Notes: generated from the letters alone by a model not told the origin. Counted from the stretch's first letter, positions 9,423 to 18,090 are shown. The stretch is 36,367 bases of DNA from a virus (IMGVR_UViG_3300038334_000116:1-36367), one strand, 5' to 3'. A program made the numbers and translations.

Positions 9423-9973
9423 GCGACGCAAACATCTTGAAAAAAATAGGCGACGCAATTGTTGATTATGCCCCGGCATTAGCGGGCGTGTTGACGGTAA
9501 CCGGAGCCGGTGCACCGACCGGTGCTGCCCTGGCTGTAATCAGTTCATTAGGTAAAGCATTCGGGCTGGGTTCGAACGCCAGCCCAGACGATATACATGC
9601 AGCAATCATCTCCGATCCGCAGATAGCATTAAAGGCCAGAATCGCCGATCAGGATTTTTGCCTGAAGCAGCGGGAACAGGACATTGAAGAATTAAGAATA
9701 AAGCTTGCCGATACCCAGAATGCCCGAGGCCGGGAAATGTCGGTAAAAGACAATGTGAATAAAATTCTGGCCTTCTCCATCGTCGGCGCTTTTATTGCCC
9801 TGGTCGGAGCGACATTGCTTGGTTACGCTAAGGTCGAAAGCGCCCTGGCCGGTACCCTGGTCGGTTATCTGTCGGCAAAGTGCGAACAGATACTCGCTTA
9901 CTATTTTGGCAGCAGCAAGGGGAGCGATAAAAAGACGGATCTACTGGCAAAAGCCACACCGATAAAAGAGTAA
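9419..9973 (+). CDS. holin-like membrane protein
   Basis: follows endolysin; DTQNARGRE, two C-terminal TM helices, YYFGSSKGS. Confidence 0.65.
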   Translation: MSDANILKKIGDAIVDYAPALAGVLTVTGAGAPTGAALAVISSLGKAFGLGSNASPDDIHAAIISDPQIALKARIADQDFCLKQREQDIEELRIKLADTQNARGREMSVKDNVNKILAFSIVGAFIALVGATLLGYAKVESALAGTLVGYLSAKCEQILAYYFGSSKGSDKKTDLLAKATPIKE

Positions 9974-9988
9974 GGAGCTTTGCGCTTA

Positions 9989-10201
9989 ATGGACGAAGCC
10001 GACCGCACACAAGAGATTAGAGAGGTTTATGAAAACGCGATGCTCAAGCAGCGGATCAGAAACGCGACCGCGCTGCCTGAATTCCGCCATACCTGTGAAG
10101 ATTGCGACCGGGTTATCCCAGACCGTCGCCGCAGGGCTAATCCCGGCGCAACGCGCTGTATTAAATGCCAGACAGAATTTGAATGCGGAGGTAACTCATG
10201 A
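9989..10201 (+). CDS. TraR/DksA C4-type zinc finger protein
   Basis: MDEADR, CEDC...IPDRRRRANPGATRCIKCQ. Confidence 0.88.
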   Translation: MDEADRTQEIREVYENAMLKQRIRNATALPEFRHTCEDCDRVIPDRRRRANPGATRCIKCQTEFECGGNS

Positions 10202-10524
10202 CCCCTGACCAAGTCGCGGCGCTGACATCTGTAGCGGCAATCATCTCCCAGTTAGGCACCTGGCCTATCGGATCAGTGATCGCCGCTATAATATTTGGCC
10301 CCTGGATCGTCCTGATTATGACTTCCCGGTCGATGGAGAAACGACATGAAGCGGCGATGAAAATGTATCAGAACAACGTCAAACTGGTCGAGGGCTATGA
10401 AATCATTGCTGCACAGCAGGCCGATACCATCCGGCTCAGTATTGCGGCGACCACTGAACTGACCACATACTTGAAAACGAAAACCCCATGCCATCAACTT
10501 GTCAAGATAGGAAAATTTCAATGA
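10198..10524 (+). CDS. membrane-anchored hypothetical protein
   Basis: GGAGG RBS, hydrophobic WPIGSVIAAIIFGPWIVLIM. Confidence 0.65.
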   Translation: MTPDQVAALTSVAAIISQLGTWPIGSVIAAIIFGPWIVLIMTSRSMEKRHEAAMKMYQNNVKLVEGYEIIAAQQADTIRLSIAATTELTTYLKTKTPCHQLVKIGKFQ

Positions 10525-10766
10525 GCATACAAAACGAAATGCGGCGGGTACGGATCACTAACCTCGAGCACACAGCCCGGCGGCTCCGGATGGAGATCGA
10601 GAGCCTGTGCAAAACTATCTGCATCAATCTGGATTGTGGGTTGACGAAACCCGAGTCGCTGCCCATCGACCAGGTGGACAGCCAGTGGGATGAATTAAAA
10701 ACCAAGTGGGCGGATCTGACCGTTGCCCTGGCGGAAATTGCCAGACTGGAAGAGGAGCTTAAATAG
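10521..10766 (+). CDS. coiled-coil hypothetical protein
   Basis: ATGA overlap with upstream gene; abuts next gene. Confidence 0.65.
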   Translation: MSIQNEMRRVRITNLEHTARRLRMEIESLCKTICINLDCGLTKPESLPIDQVDSQWDELKTKWADLTVALAEIARLEEELK

Positions 10767-11221
10767 TGGCCGAAAAGGGAGCGCGCACACAACTCGAGCC
10801 GGTAGCCCGGCAGATGTTCATCGACGGCCAGTCCCTGACCGCTATCGAGACGGCACTCGGCGTCTCGCGCCAGACATTATCGGTATGGAAGGCACAGACT
10901 AGGAAACCGTCCGAAGAGTTCGACGAATGGGACAAAGCAAGGGCGCGCAAGGCCTCTTTCGGCCTGCGGATGGAAGCCCTCCTGGAGCGAGAACTGACCT
11001 ACGCCGAAGAGAAACAGCCCGGCGCAATTGACGGATCCACAATGGATAGCCTCACAAAACTCGGCTCGCTGGTTGTTAAACTTAAAACAGCAGAAAACGC
11101 CGGTCTTTTTAGAGATAAAGTCAATGCGGCGGCGGCTGAAGTTGCCAAAGCAGTTAAGAGCGGCGGCATGTCGGATGCCGATGCTAAAGTTATTAAAGAT
11201 AAGATTCTAGGGATATTATAG
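10766..11221 (+). CDS. putative terminase small subunit (DUF1804-like HTH)
   Basis: SLTAIETALGVSRQTLSVWK HTH, WDKARA, GMSDADAKVIKDKILGI; directly before TerL. Confidence 0.75.
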   Translation: MAEKGARTQLEPVARQMFIDGQSLTAIETALGVSRQTLSVWKAQTRKPSEEFDEWDKARARKASFGLRMEALLERELTYAEEKQPGAIDGSTMDSLTKLGSLVVKLKTAENAGLFRDKVNAAAAEVAKAVKSGGMSDADAKVIKDKILGIL

Positions 11222-12765
11222 TGAAAGAAGCTACTGGACAAAATGATTTTGATCAGGCGCGCAATTCAACAGGCATTCTACTCCCCTATCAAAAAGCATG
11301 GGTCGCTGATCAGGCCGATGTCAAATTCATAGAAAAATCCCGGCGTGTCGGCATATCCTGGGCAGAAGCAGCGGATGATACTCTCTATGCATCACAGAAA
11401 GGAACAGGCGAAAAGCGCAATGTCTGGTACATCGGATATACAAAGGATATGGCGCTGGAATTTATCAACGACTGTGCTAACTGGGCGCGCGCCTATAAAA
11501 TGGCAGTTTCTTCAATATCTGAATATGACGAGCCGGACGAAGATGAAAACGGCATTGTAAAAGAAAAGAAGATACTCGCTTATAAAATAACATTTGAATC
11601 GGGCTGGCGCATTACCGCGTTATCCAGCCGCCCGACAAATCTACGCGGTAAGCAGGGGCGCGTTGTCATCGACGAAGCGGCCTTTCATGACGATCTACCC
11701 GGCCTTTTAAAAGCGGCAATGGCCCTTTTGATGTGGGGCGGTCAGGTACGTGTTATCTCCACACACTTCGGCGACAGCAACGAATTCAACTCCGTCATTC
11801 AGGATATACGGGCAGGGAAAAAACCTTACAGCCTCCATCGCGTGACGTTTGACGAAGCCCTGGACGACGGCCTTTATAGACGCATCTGCGAAGTCCTAAA
11901 ACGTGAATGGTCATCTGAGGCGGAAAAGGCATGGCGTCAGGGAATTATTGATTCCTACGGTGATGATGCGGACGAAGAACTATTCTGCATTCCGAGTCAG
12001 GGTACCGGTGTGTGGCTGACCCGTGCCGTCATTGAAAAATGCCTGAGTCCGGACATCCCGGTGATCCGATATGAACAGCCGTCATCTTTTGCCGAGTTAC
12101 CGGATATTATCAGATATGCAGAAGTCAAAGACTGGTGCGAGGAAGTCCTCCAGCCCTACTTTATCAATCTGGATGCCAACCAGAACTCCGTCATCGGTGA
12201 AGACTTTGCCCGCACTGGTGACTTGACCATCATGAATCCTCTGTTGGAGCAACAAAATGCCACCTGGCGGGCGCTTTTCCATCTGGAACTGCGCAATATC
12301 CCATTTCAGCAGCAGGAACAGATTTTCTATTACATTTGCGATCGTCTGCCCCGCTTCCGTTACGGTGCACTGGATGCACGCGGTAATGGCCAGTATCTGG
12401 CCGAGCGGGCGATGCAGCGCTACGGCGCGGATCGGATAGCCCAGGTCATGATTACCGAGACCTGGTACCGGGAAAACATGCCTGCCTATAAGGCAGCTTT
12501 TGAAGATCAAACCATCATGCTGGCCCGTGATGCGGATGTCATTGAAGATCATCGGGCATTCAAGGTTATTAAGGGCGTCGCCAAACTACCGGAGATCCGG
12601 CAAAAAGGCAAAGACAACAAAAAACGTCACGGTGATTCCGGGATTGCCGGAGCAATGGCCTGGTTTGCCACCCGTGCCGAATGGGGTGGAGAAATCGAAT
12701 TCCAGTCCACCGGAATCAAACGGGCAACCTCAGGTCAATCCATGAATTCATACATAGGGGCATAA
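11221..12765 (+). CDS. terL: terminase large subunit (Mu gp28-like)
   Basis: LLPYQ, EKSRRVGISW, LRGKQG, VVIDEAAFH, GEDFARTGD, HGDSGIA. Confidence 0.95.
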   Translation: MKEATGQNDFDQARNSTGILLPYQKAWVADQADVKFIEKSRRVGISWAEAADDTLYASQKGTGEKRNVWYIGYTKDMALEFINDCANWARAYKMAVSSISEYDEPDEDENGIVKEKKILAYKITFESGWRITALSSRPTNLRGKQGRVVIDEAAFHDDLPGLLKAAMALLMWGGQVRVISTHFGDSNEFNSVIQDIRAGKKPYSLHRVTFDEALDDGLYRRICEVLKREWSSEAEKAWRQGIIDSYGDDADEELFCIPSQGTGVWLTRAVIEKCLSPDIPVIRYEQPSSFAELPDIIRYAEVKDWCEEVLQPYFINLDANQNSVIGEDFARTGDLTIMNPLLEQQNATWRALFHLELRNIPFQQQEQIFYYICDRLPRFRYGALDARGNGQYLAERAMQRYGADRIAQVMITETWYRENMPAYKAAFEDQTIMLARDADVIEDHRAFKVIKGVAKLPEIRQKGKDNKKRHGDSGIAGAMAWFATRAEWGGEIEFQSTGIKRATSGQSMNSYIGA

Positions 12766-12768
12766 GCG

Positions 12769-12945
12769 ATGAAGGGATCAATATTTGGATTACTAGCCGG
12801 ACTTATGGGAAACACCATTTACAAACCCTCTTCAGTCTTGAACATTTCTTCCGGCAGACCCGCCTCCAGAGGCGGCCGCAAAACTTTTAAGATGAACCGC
12901 CGCAAAGAGTTGGCACTTAGTGCCCGGCGCAAGGCAAAAAGATGA
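12769..12945 (+). CDS. small highly basic protein (58 aa, below ORF-track cutoff)
   Basis: ATG 3 nt after TerL stop, AGGGG RBS; 15 K/R versus 1 acidic residue. Confidence 0.5.
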   Translation: MKGSIFGLLAGLMGNTIYKPSSVLNISSGRPASRGGRKTFKMNRRKELALSARRKAKR

Positions 12946-13118
12946 TTAAAATGCAAATCGGCAAAAATGCCCCAGGATCGATTTAGGGACTTGGGACGCC
13001 CCAATGGCCGGTAATTCCCTTGACAATGTTTATAAACATGTCAACGGGGCTAGAAAGGGCAAATTTAGAAGGGGTCTGGACTCGAAAATCCGGAACCGAG
13101 GCGTTGGAAAGATAAAAT

Positions 13119-14702
13119 ATGGCAAATGACATTAAAAAACCCATAGCGGCAACCGATGAAATCGCCACCCTTGAAAAGGACATCGACATCTTTGCCGGAT
13201 GGCTAAAGCGCCTCGAAAATCCTGATTCTGTATTGCGCAGTGAAGCGGCAGGCCGTGGGCTGAAATTATATGATGAAGTCGAGCGCGACGCCCATGCCGG
13301 TAGCGTCCTGCAGCAGCGCATCATGGCCATTGTCGGTAAGGAATGGGAAATATTGCCCGCCAAGTCCGCCCGCAAACTGGGCCGACCCGCCGCAACTACG
13401 CAGGAGCAAGTTGTCGCCGATTTCGTTTCGCAGACATTGATGGATTGTAATTTCGACCAGGCCAGGCAGGAACTCCTCAAAGCCGTTCTGTATGGCCATC
13501 ATGAAGCGGAAGTCATCTGGTCTGCCGACACATTCAAAAAAACAGACGGTGGAATAACGATCAAAAAAATAATGGGTAAGCACCCGCGCCGCTTCATATT
13601 TACCGCTGAAAGAGAACTGCGCCTGCTGACCCGGCAGAACATGATCGAAGGTGAAGAGCTGCCGGAACGCAAATTTATCACCTTCACCTATGGCGATTCC
13701 GATAATCCCTACGGCAAAGGTCTGGGCCAGCGTTTGTGGTGGCCTGTATGGTTCAAAAAGCACGGCATTAAATTCTGGATGATCTTCCTGGAGAAATTCG
13801 GCATGCCCACCGTAGTCGGGAAATATCCTTCCGGAACATTGTCGGATAAACAAAAAGAACTGATGAACGCTATCGAAGCCATCCAGACGGACACCGGTAT
13901 CAAAATCCCCGACAATATGGATATTGAATTCCTGGAGGCCTCACGAGCCGGTAGTGTCAGCCACGAACAGCTATGCGAATACATGGATAAGCAGATATCC
14001 AAAGCCGTGCTTGGGCAAACAGCTTCCACTGAGGGCACACCCGGTAAACTTGGCAACGATCAAAACCAGGCCGATGTGCGGCAGGAAATCACCGAGGCGG
14101 ACGCAGATCTGCTCGATGGTTGCCTCAACGACACCCTGATTCAATGGATAGTTGATTACAATTTCTCTGGTGTTACGGCGTATCCGAAGATCAAGACCTA
14201 CGCCAATGCCAATCCCGACCTCACCGCGCGCGTTGCTATTGATAAAACTCTGGTTGTCGATATCGGCCTGCCGGTCGCTGAAGATTATTTCTATGAAACT
14301 TATGGCATCCCTGCGCCGCAGGAAGGAGAGAAAGTTGTAAATGTGCCTATTCGCGTAGGGAAGCTTCGCGAAGCACCCCTACAGCCGCAATTTGCCGAGG
14401 GCGCTGTGTTCCAGGATGCCGCCGATATCATTGCCAACGAGACCGCGCAAAAAGCGATGCATATTACTGATTCCGTCTTCATGGCCCCAATCAGGCGCTT
14501 GGTGGATAAATCAAACAGCCTGGAGGATCTCCGTGACAGCCTCATCGATTTGTATTCCGAAATGAAACCGGATGAGTTGGGTGTAATCATCGCCCGTGCC
14601 ATGATGCTGGCGGACATGTCGGGTAGATATGAAGCTTCGGCAAGCTCAGCTACCATAAAGGGCGATGCCCTGAGCGTGTCGAAAGGTAAAAAAAAAGCCT
14701 GA
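13119..14702 (+). CDS. portal protein (Mu gp29 / DUF935)
   Basis: NPYGKGL, FLEKFGMPTVVGKYP, ISKAVLGQT motifs. Confidence 0.93.
   Translation: MANDIKKPIAATDEIATLEKDIDIFAGWLKRLENPDSVLRSEAAGRGLKLYDEVERDAHAGSVLQQRIMAIVGKEWEILPAKSARKLGRPAATTQEQVVADFVSQTLMDCNFDQARQELLKAVLYGHHEAEVIWSADTFKKTDGGITIKKIMGKHPRRFIFTAERELRLLTRQNMIEGEELPERKFITFTYGDSDNPYGKGLGQRLWWPVWFKKHGIKFWMIFLEKFGMPTVVGKYPSGTLSDKQKELMNAIEAIQTDTGIKIPDNMDIEFLEASRAGSVSHEQLCEYMDKQISKAVLGQTASTEGTPGKLGNDQNQADVRQEITEADADLLDGCLNDTLIQWIVDYNFSGVTAYPKIKTYANANPDLTARVAIDKTLVVDIGLPVAEDYFYETYGIPAPQEGEKVVNVPIRVGKLREAPLQPQFAEGAVFQDAADIIANETAQKAMHITDSVFMAPIRRLVDKSNSLEDLRDSLIDLYSEMKPDELGVIIARAMMLADMSGRYEASASSATIKGDALSVSKGKKKA
14355..14382. repeat. GTAG-type REP-like palindrome inside the portal CDS
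   Basis: GTAGGG-AA-GCTTC-GC-GAAGC-AC-CCCTAC. Confidence 0.55.
14635..14686. repeat. CTTCG..GCTCAG / CTGAGC..CGAA REP-like inverted pair inside the portal CDS
   Basis: CTTCGGCAAGCTCAG (14635-14649) complementary to CTGAGCGTGTCGAAAG (14670-14685). Confidence 0.55.
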
Positions 14703-15517
14703 AATTTAGCACTGTCATTCCCTGGCTTGACCAGGGAATCCATGCATTCGCCGAAGGCGAGGTAGAACCTGAGCTTTTAACAGTTTTTAAACTGCCCTTT
14801 ACCGAGCAGAATACGTTCTTTCAAAACAAGCTGAATATTCCGACCCGCAAGTGGGACGATATCTGGAAAGCTCAGCATGCCAAAGGTTTCATGGTAGCAG
14901 GCGCCAACAAAGCCGATCTCCTAGCTGATTTCCGCACCGCGGTGGAAAAGGCGATCACAAAAGGAACCACCCTGGCCGATTTTCAAAAAGACTTTGACCG
15001 CATCGTAGCCACCCACGGCTGGAGTTACAACGGTTCGCGGAACTGGCGCAGCGAGCTCATTTACTCCACCAACGTTCGGACGTCCTATGCCGCCGGGCGC
15101 TGGGCTCAGCTCACTGATCCGGAGCAATTACAGGTTCTGCCGTATTTGACCTACAAGCACGGCGACAGCAAGGTGCCAAGACCGGAGCATTTAGCCTGGG
15201 ACGGGCTGACGCTCTCGGCAGATGATCCCTGGTGGCAGACCCATTACCCGCCCAATGGCTGGGGCTGCAAATGCCGCGTTTTCGGATCGACGCGCAGCGA
15301 GTATGCAAAGGCTCAGGAACAGGGACTCGGTGAAGCGCCGCCCTCGCCCAGGAACCCGAAAACCGGCGAACCGGTAGGGATCGACAAAGGCTGGGGCTAC
15401 AATGTTGGAGAAGCGGCTGCCACGCAAACGCACAAGATTTTAGCAGATGTATTTGCAAGATTGCCGGTGGATATCGCCGCTAAATTGCAGGAAGAAATGG
15501 AAGGATTTAATGTTTGA
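14690..15517 (+). CDS. head morphogenesis protein gpF (Mu gp30), probably reached by -1 recoding from the portal
   Basis: frame open from 14690; LPFTEQNTFFQNKLNIPTRKWDDIW..H precedes first ATG (14891); RPEHLAW, DDPWW..HYPPNGWGCKC motifs. Confidence 0.85.
   Translation, partial: KKSLKFSTVIPWLDQGIHAFAEGEVEPELLTVFKLPFTEQNTFFQNKLNIPTRKWDDIWKAQHAKGFMVAGANKADLLADFRTAVEKAITKGTTLADFQKDFDRIVATHGWSYNGSRNWRSELIYSTNVRTSYAAGRWAQLTDPEQLQVLPYLTYKHGDSKVPRPEHLAWDGLTLSADDPWWQTHYPPNGWGCKCRVFGSTRSEYAKAQEQGLGEAPPSPRNPKTGEPVGIDKGWGYNVGEAAATQTHKILADVFARLPVDIAAKLQEEMEGFNV
14713..14742. repeat. TGTCATTCC..GGAATCCA palindromic repeat, copy 2
   Basis: perfect 9-bp stem ATTCCCTGG/CCAGGGAAT. Confidence 0.65.
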
Positions 15518-16016
15518 AATAACAATCAAAATGGACGGAGCTGACGCCGTTAGGGAGCGACTCCGGGAAATATCGGCGCGAATGTCGAACATGTCGCCGA
15601 TTATGAAGGCCATCGGCGACCGGGTGGTCGAACAGACCAAACGCCGTTTTAATGCTGGAGGACCCGCACCGGACGGCACGCCCTGGGCGGCACCGAAAGC
15701 GAAGAACCCGAAACGGCGCGGTACATTGCGGGTAACTGACCATCTCCGGGACAGCATACGCTATCAGATGATTGGCAATAATGCCGTCGCCATCGGGACA
15801 AACAAAGTTTATGCGGCTATTCACCAGCTCGGCGGACGGACGGCGGAGCACATTATCCGGCCCCGTAATAAGAAGGCCCTTAAAACGCCTTACGGCCTAT
15901 TTAAGCAGGTGCGTCATCCGGGATCGGTTATCCCCGCGCGCCCGTTCCTGGGTTTGAGCGAGGCAAACAGCAATGAGATTATCAGCATCATCAACGAATA
16001 CATCGCAGGGAGGTAA
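15510..16016 (+). CDS. virion morphogenesis protein (Mu gpG/gp31, tail completion S family)
   Basis: PDGTPWA, GTNKVYAAIHQLGG, IPARPFLGLS. Confidence 0.9.
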   Translation: MFEITIKMDGADAVRERLREISARMSNMSPIMKAIGDRVVEQTKRRFNAGGPAPDGTPWAAPKAKNPKRRGTLRVTDHLRDSIRYQMIGNNAVAIGTNKVYAAIHQLGGRTAEHIIRPRNKKALKTPYGLFKQVRHPGSVIPARPFLGLSEANSNEIISIINEYIAGR

Positions 16017-16021
16017 TAAAC

Positions 16022-17230
16022 ATGCCCGAATTTAAAGGGTTTGATGACTGGATACCCATTTTCCAGGGCGGCAAACAAAAAGACAGCAAGGGAATAGAGC
16101 ACGACGGCAACGCACTTATTGACAAGGCAATCTCTCAGTTCAATGCAGCCGTTCATGAGCCACCCGCCTGCATCGGCCATCCTGACCTAAACGCTCCGGC
16201 TTATGGCTGGGTCGAGGGGCTGAAAAAACAGGGCAATCTTTTACTGGCCAAATTTAAACAGGTCCAGCCGGAGTTCGCCCAGATGGTGCAGCAAGGTCTT
16301 TTTAAGAAGCGCAGTGCCGCCTTTTACCCGGACGGAACACTGCGGCATGTCGGCTTCCTGGGAGCTATGCCACCGGCTGTTAAGGGATTGCCTGATGTGG
16401 TTTTTGCCGAGAGCGAAGCAACCAGCTTCGAGTTTTCCGACTCGTTCACCTGGAATTCTCTGTCCGATATTTTTCGTCGGATCAGGGAATATTTTATCGA
16501 GAAAGAAGGTCAGGAGACAGCAGACCGGATCATTCCGGACTGGAAAATTGACGATTTGAGATCGGCAGCCAACCCGCCGGCCGATGCAATTCAACAAACC
16601 AACTATACGGAAAAGGAGGATAAGGAAATGAAATTTAAAGAGCAACTGGCCGCATTCTGGAAAGAATTTATGGCCAAGATACCCGACGACGGCCCGGCGG
16701 CACAACCCGGGCAGACCGTTTCGGGACAATTTAGCGAGGCCGATATTGAAAAAGCCAAAGCAGAGGCTGCAATCGCCGAACGGGAGAAAGTAACCGCAGA
16801 GTTTGCGGAAAAGGCCAACGCTTCGCGCCTGTCCGCTCTCAGGGGCGAGATCGACGCTTTTTGCGAGCAAATGGTCAAAGCTGGCAAAATAACACCGGCT
16901 ACGGTTAAATTCGGCCTGCCGGAGATGCTTTTTGCCTTCGCCGAAAGGATGGACACTATCGAATTCGGCGAAACAAAAGAAAAGGCAACACTTTATGACC
17001 GCTTCAAGGCGCTGATTGAGTCCGCCCAGCCGTTGATTAAGTTCGGTGAAATCGCCTCACGGGCGAAAGACGCGGGCGGAACCGGCACGGCAGGCGAAAA
17101 GCTCGACCAGCTTACAAAGGGTAAAATGAAGAAGAACAACTCCCTGACATACAGCGCCGCTTTTGCTGAAGTGCAGAAGGAGAATGCTGATTTGGCCAAG
17201 GAATACTTAGCCGAGTTCCAGGGCGATTAA
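16022..17230 (+). CDS. prohead protease/scaffold (Mu I-like)
   Basis: IGHP...APAYGWV, KKRSAAFY, LRHVGFLGAMPPAVKGL; helical C-terminal half. Confidence 0.88.
   Translation: MPEFKGFDDWIPIFQGGKQKDSKGIEHDGNALIDKAISQFNAAVHEPPACIGHPDLNAPAYGWVEGLKKQGNLLLAKFKQVQPEFAQMVQQGLFKKRSAAFYPDGTLRHVGFLGAMPPAVKGLPDVVFAESEATSFEFSDSFTWNSLSDIFRRIREYFIEKEGQETADRIIPDWKIDDLRSAANPPADAIQQTNYTEKEDKEMKFKEQLAAFWKEFMAKIPDDGPAAQPGQTVSGQFSEADIEKAKAEAAIAEREKVTAEFAEKANASRLSALRGEIDAFCEQMVKAGKITPATVKFGLPEMLFAFAERMDTIEFGETKEKATLYDRFKALIESAQPLIKFGEIASRAKDAGGTGTAGEKLDQLTKGKMKKNNSLTYSAAFAEVQKENADLAKEYLAEFQGD
16628..17230 (+). CDS. nested scaffold protein (Mu Z-like), internal in-frame start
   Basis: AAGGAGGATAAGGAAATG strong RBS and in-frame ATG at 16628. 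Confidence 0.6.
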   Translation: MKFKEQLAAFWKEFMAKIPDDGPAAQPGQTVSGQFSEADIEKAKAEAAIAEREKVTAEFAEKANASRLSALRGEIDAFCEQMVKAGKITPATVKFGLPEMLFAFAERMDTIEFGETKEKATLYDRFKALIESAQPLIKFGEIASRAKDAGGTGTAGEKLDQLTKGKMKKNNSLTYSAAFAEVQKENADLAKEYLAEFQGD

Positions 17231-17321
17231 ACCTGTCCCCCGCTGGCAGGGGTGGCGCGCTGCGCCGGGGGTGGATCATGCACCCGGAAATTTTTAACCA
17301 ATTAAACAAAAGGAGTAAAAG

Positions 17322-18077
17322 ATGGAAAATAAAATATTAGACTTATCCTTCCCGGCTATCGAAAGCCTGGTTGACGATCAGTACAAGTTTGTCGTGCTTA
17401 CCTCCACCGGTGTACGGCGTCCCGATAACGAGACGGAAGCTCTCCTTGGCATTTTGCAGAATTGCCCCGCATTGGGCGAGGCTGCTGCAGTCCGCATCAT
17501 CGGCGTCAGCAAGCTGCAAATGAATGACGCACTGGCCGTCAACGCCTTTGTAAAAGCCGAATATGTATCCGCAGCGGATGCAGGCAAAGGAAAAACAGCG
17601 GCTGCAGCGCTGGCCTATTCGCGCGCCGTGATTCTGGAAGCATCCACCGCAGAAGACGAATTAGCTTCAGTTCTTCTGGTTGGCCAGGTGCCCGGCATTA
17701 CCCAGACCGGATGGTTCAATACCACGGTCACAACGGATGCCACCGCCGGTGCCAAAACTTATACAGCAGCCGAATTGATCGGCGCATTAATCCTCCGGGA
17801 TCCGGCAGGAGGTAACCGCAGTGATGTATCTCCGACAGCCGCGCTGATTGTTGCCGGATTCGCCGGTGGAATTGTCGGTTCCAGTTTCGAGTTCACCATT
17901 CGCAATACGGCGGATGCAGCGGAAACGATCACCCTGACGGCAGGCGCGGGAGTGACGCTTTCCGGCACCATGACCATCGCACAGAACAACAGCAAGCGAT
18001 TCCTCTGCCGTTTGGATAACGTCGGCAGCGGAACGGAAGCAGTGACGATTTACTCTCTGGGTACGGTCGTTCATTAA
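17322..18077 (+). CDS. capsid cement/decoration protein (DUF2190-like) with C-terminal extension
   Basis: LGILQN.P..GEAAAVRIIGVSKL motif; between scaffold and major capsid. Confidence 0.7.
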   Translation: MENKILDLSFPAIESLVDDQYKFVVLTSTGVRRPDNETEALLGILQNCPALGEAAAVRIIGVSKLQMNDALAVNAFVKAEYVSAADAGKGKTAAAALAYSRAVILEASTAEDELASVLLVGQVPGITQTGWFNTTVTTDATAGAKTYTAAELIGALILRDPAGGNRSDVSPTAALIVAGFAGGIVGSSFEFTIRNTADAAETITLTAGAGVTLSGTMTIAQNNSKRFLCRLDNVGSGTEAVTIYSLGTVVH

Positions 18078-18090
18078 AATAACCGGTGGC

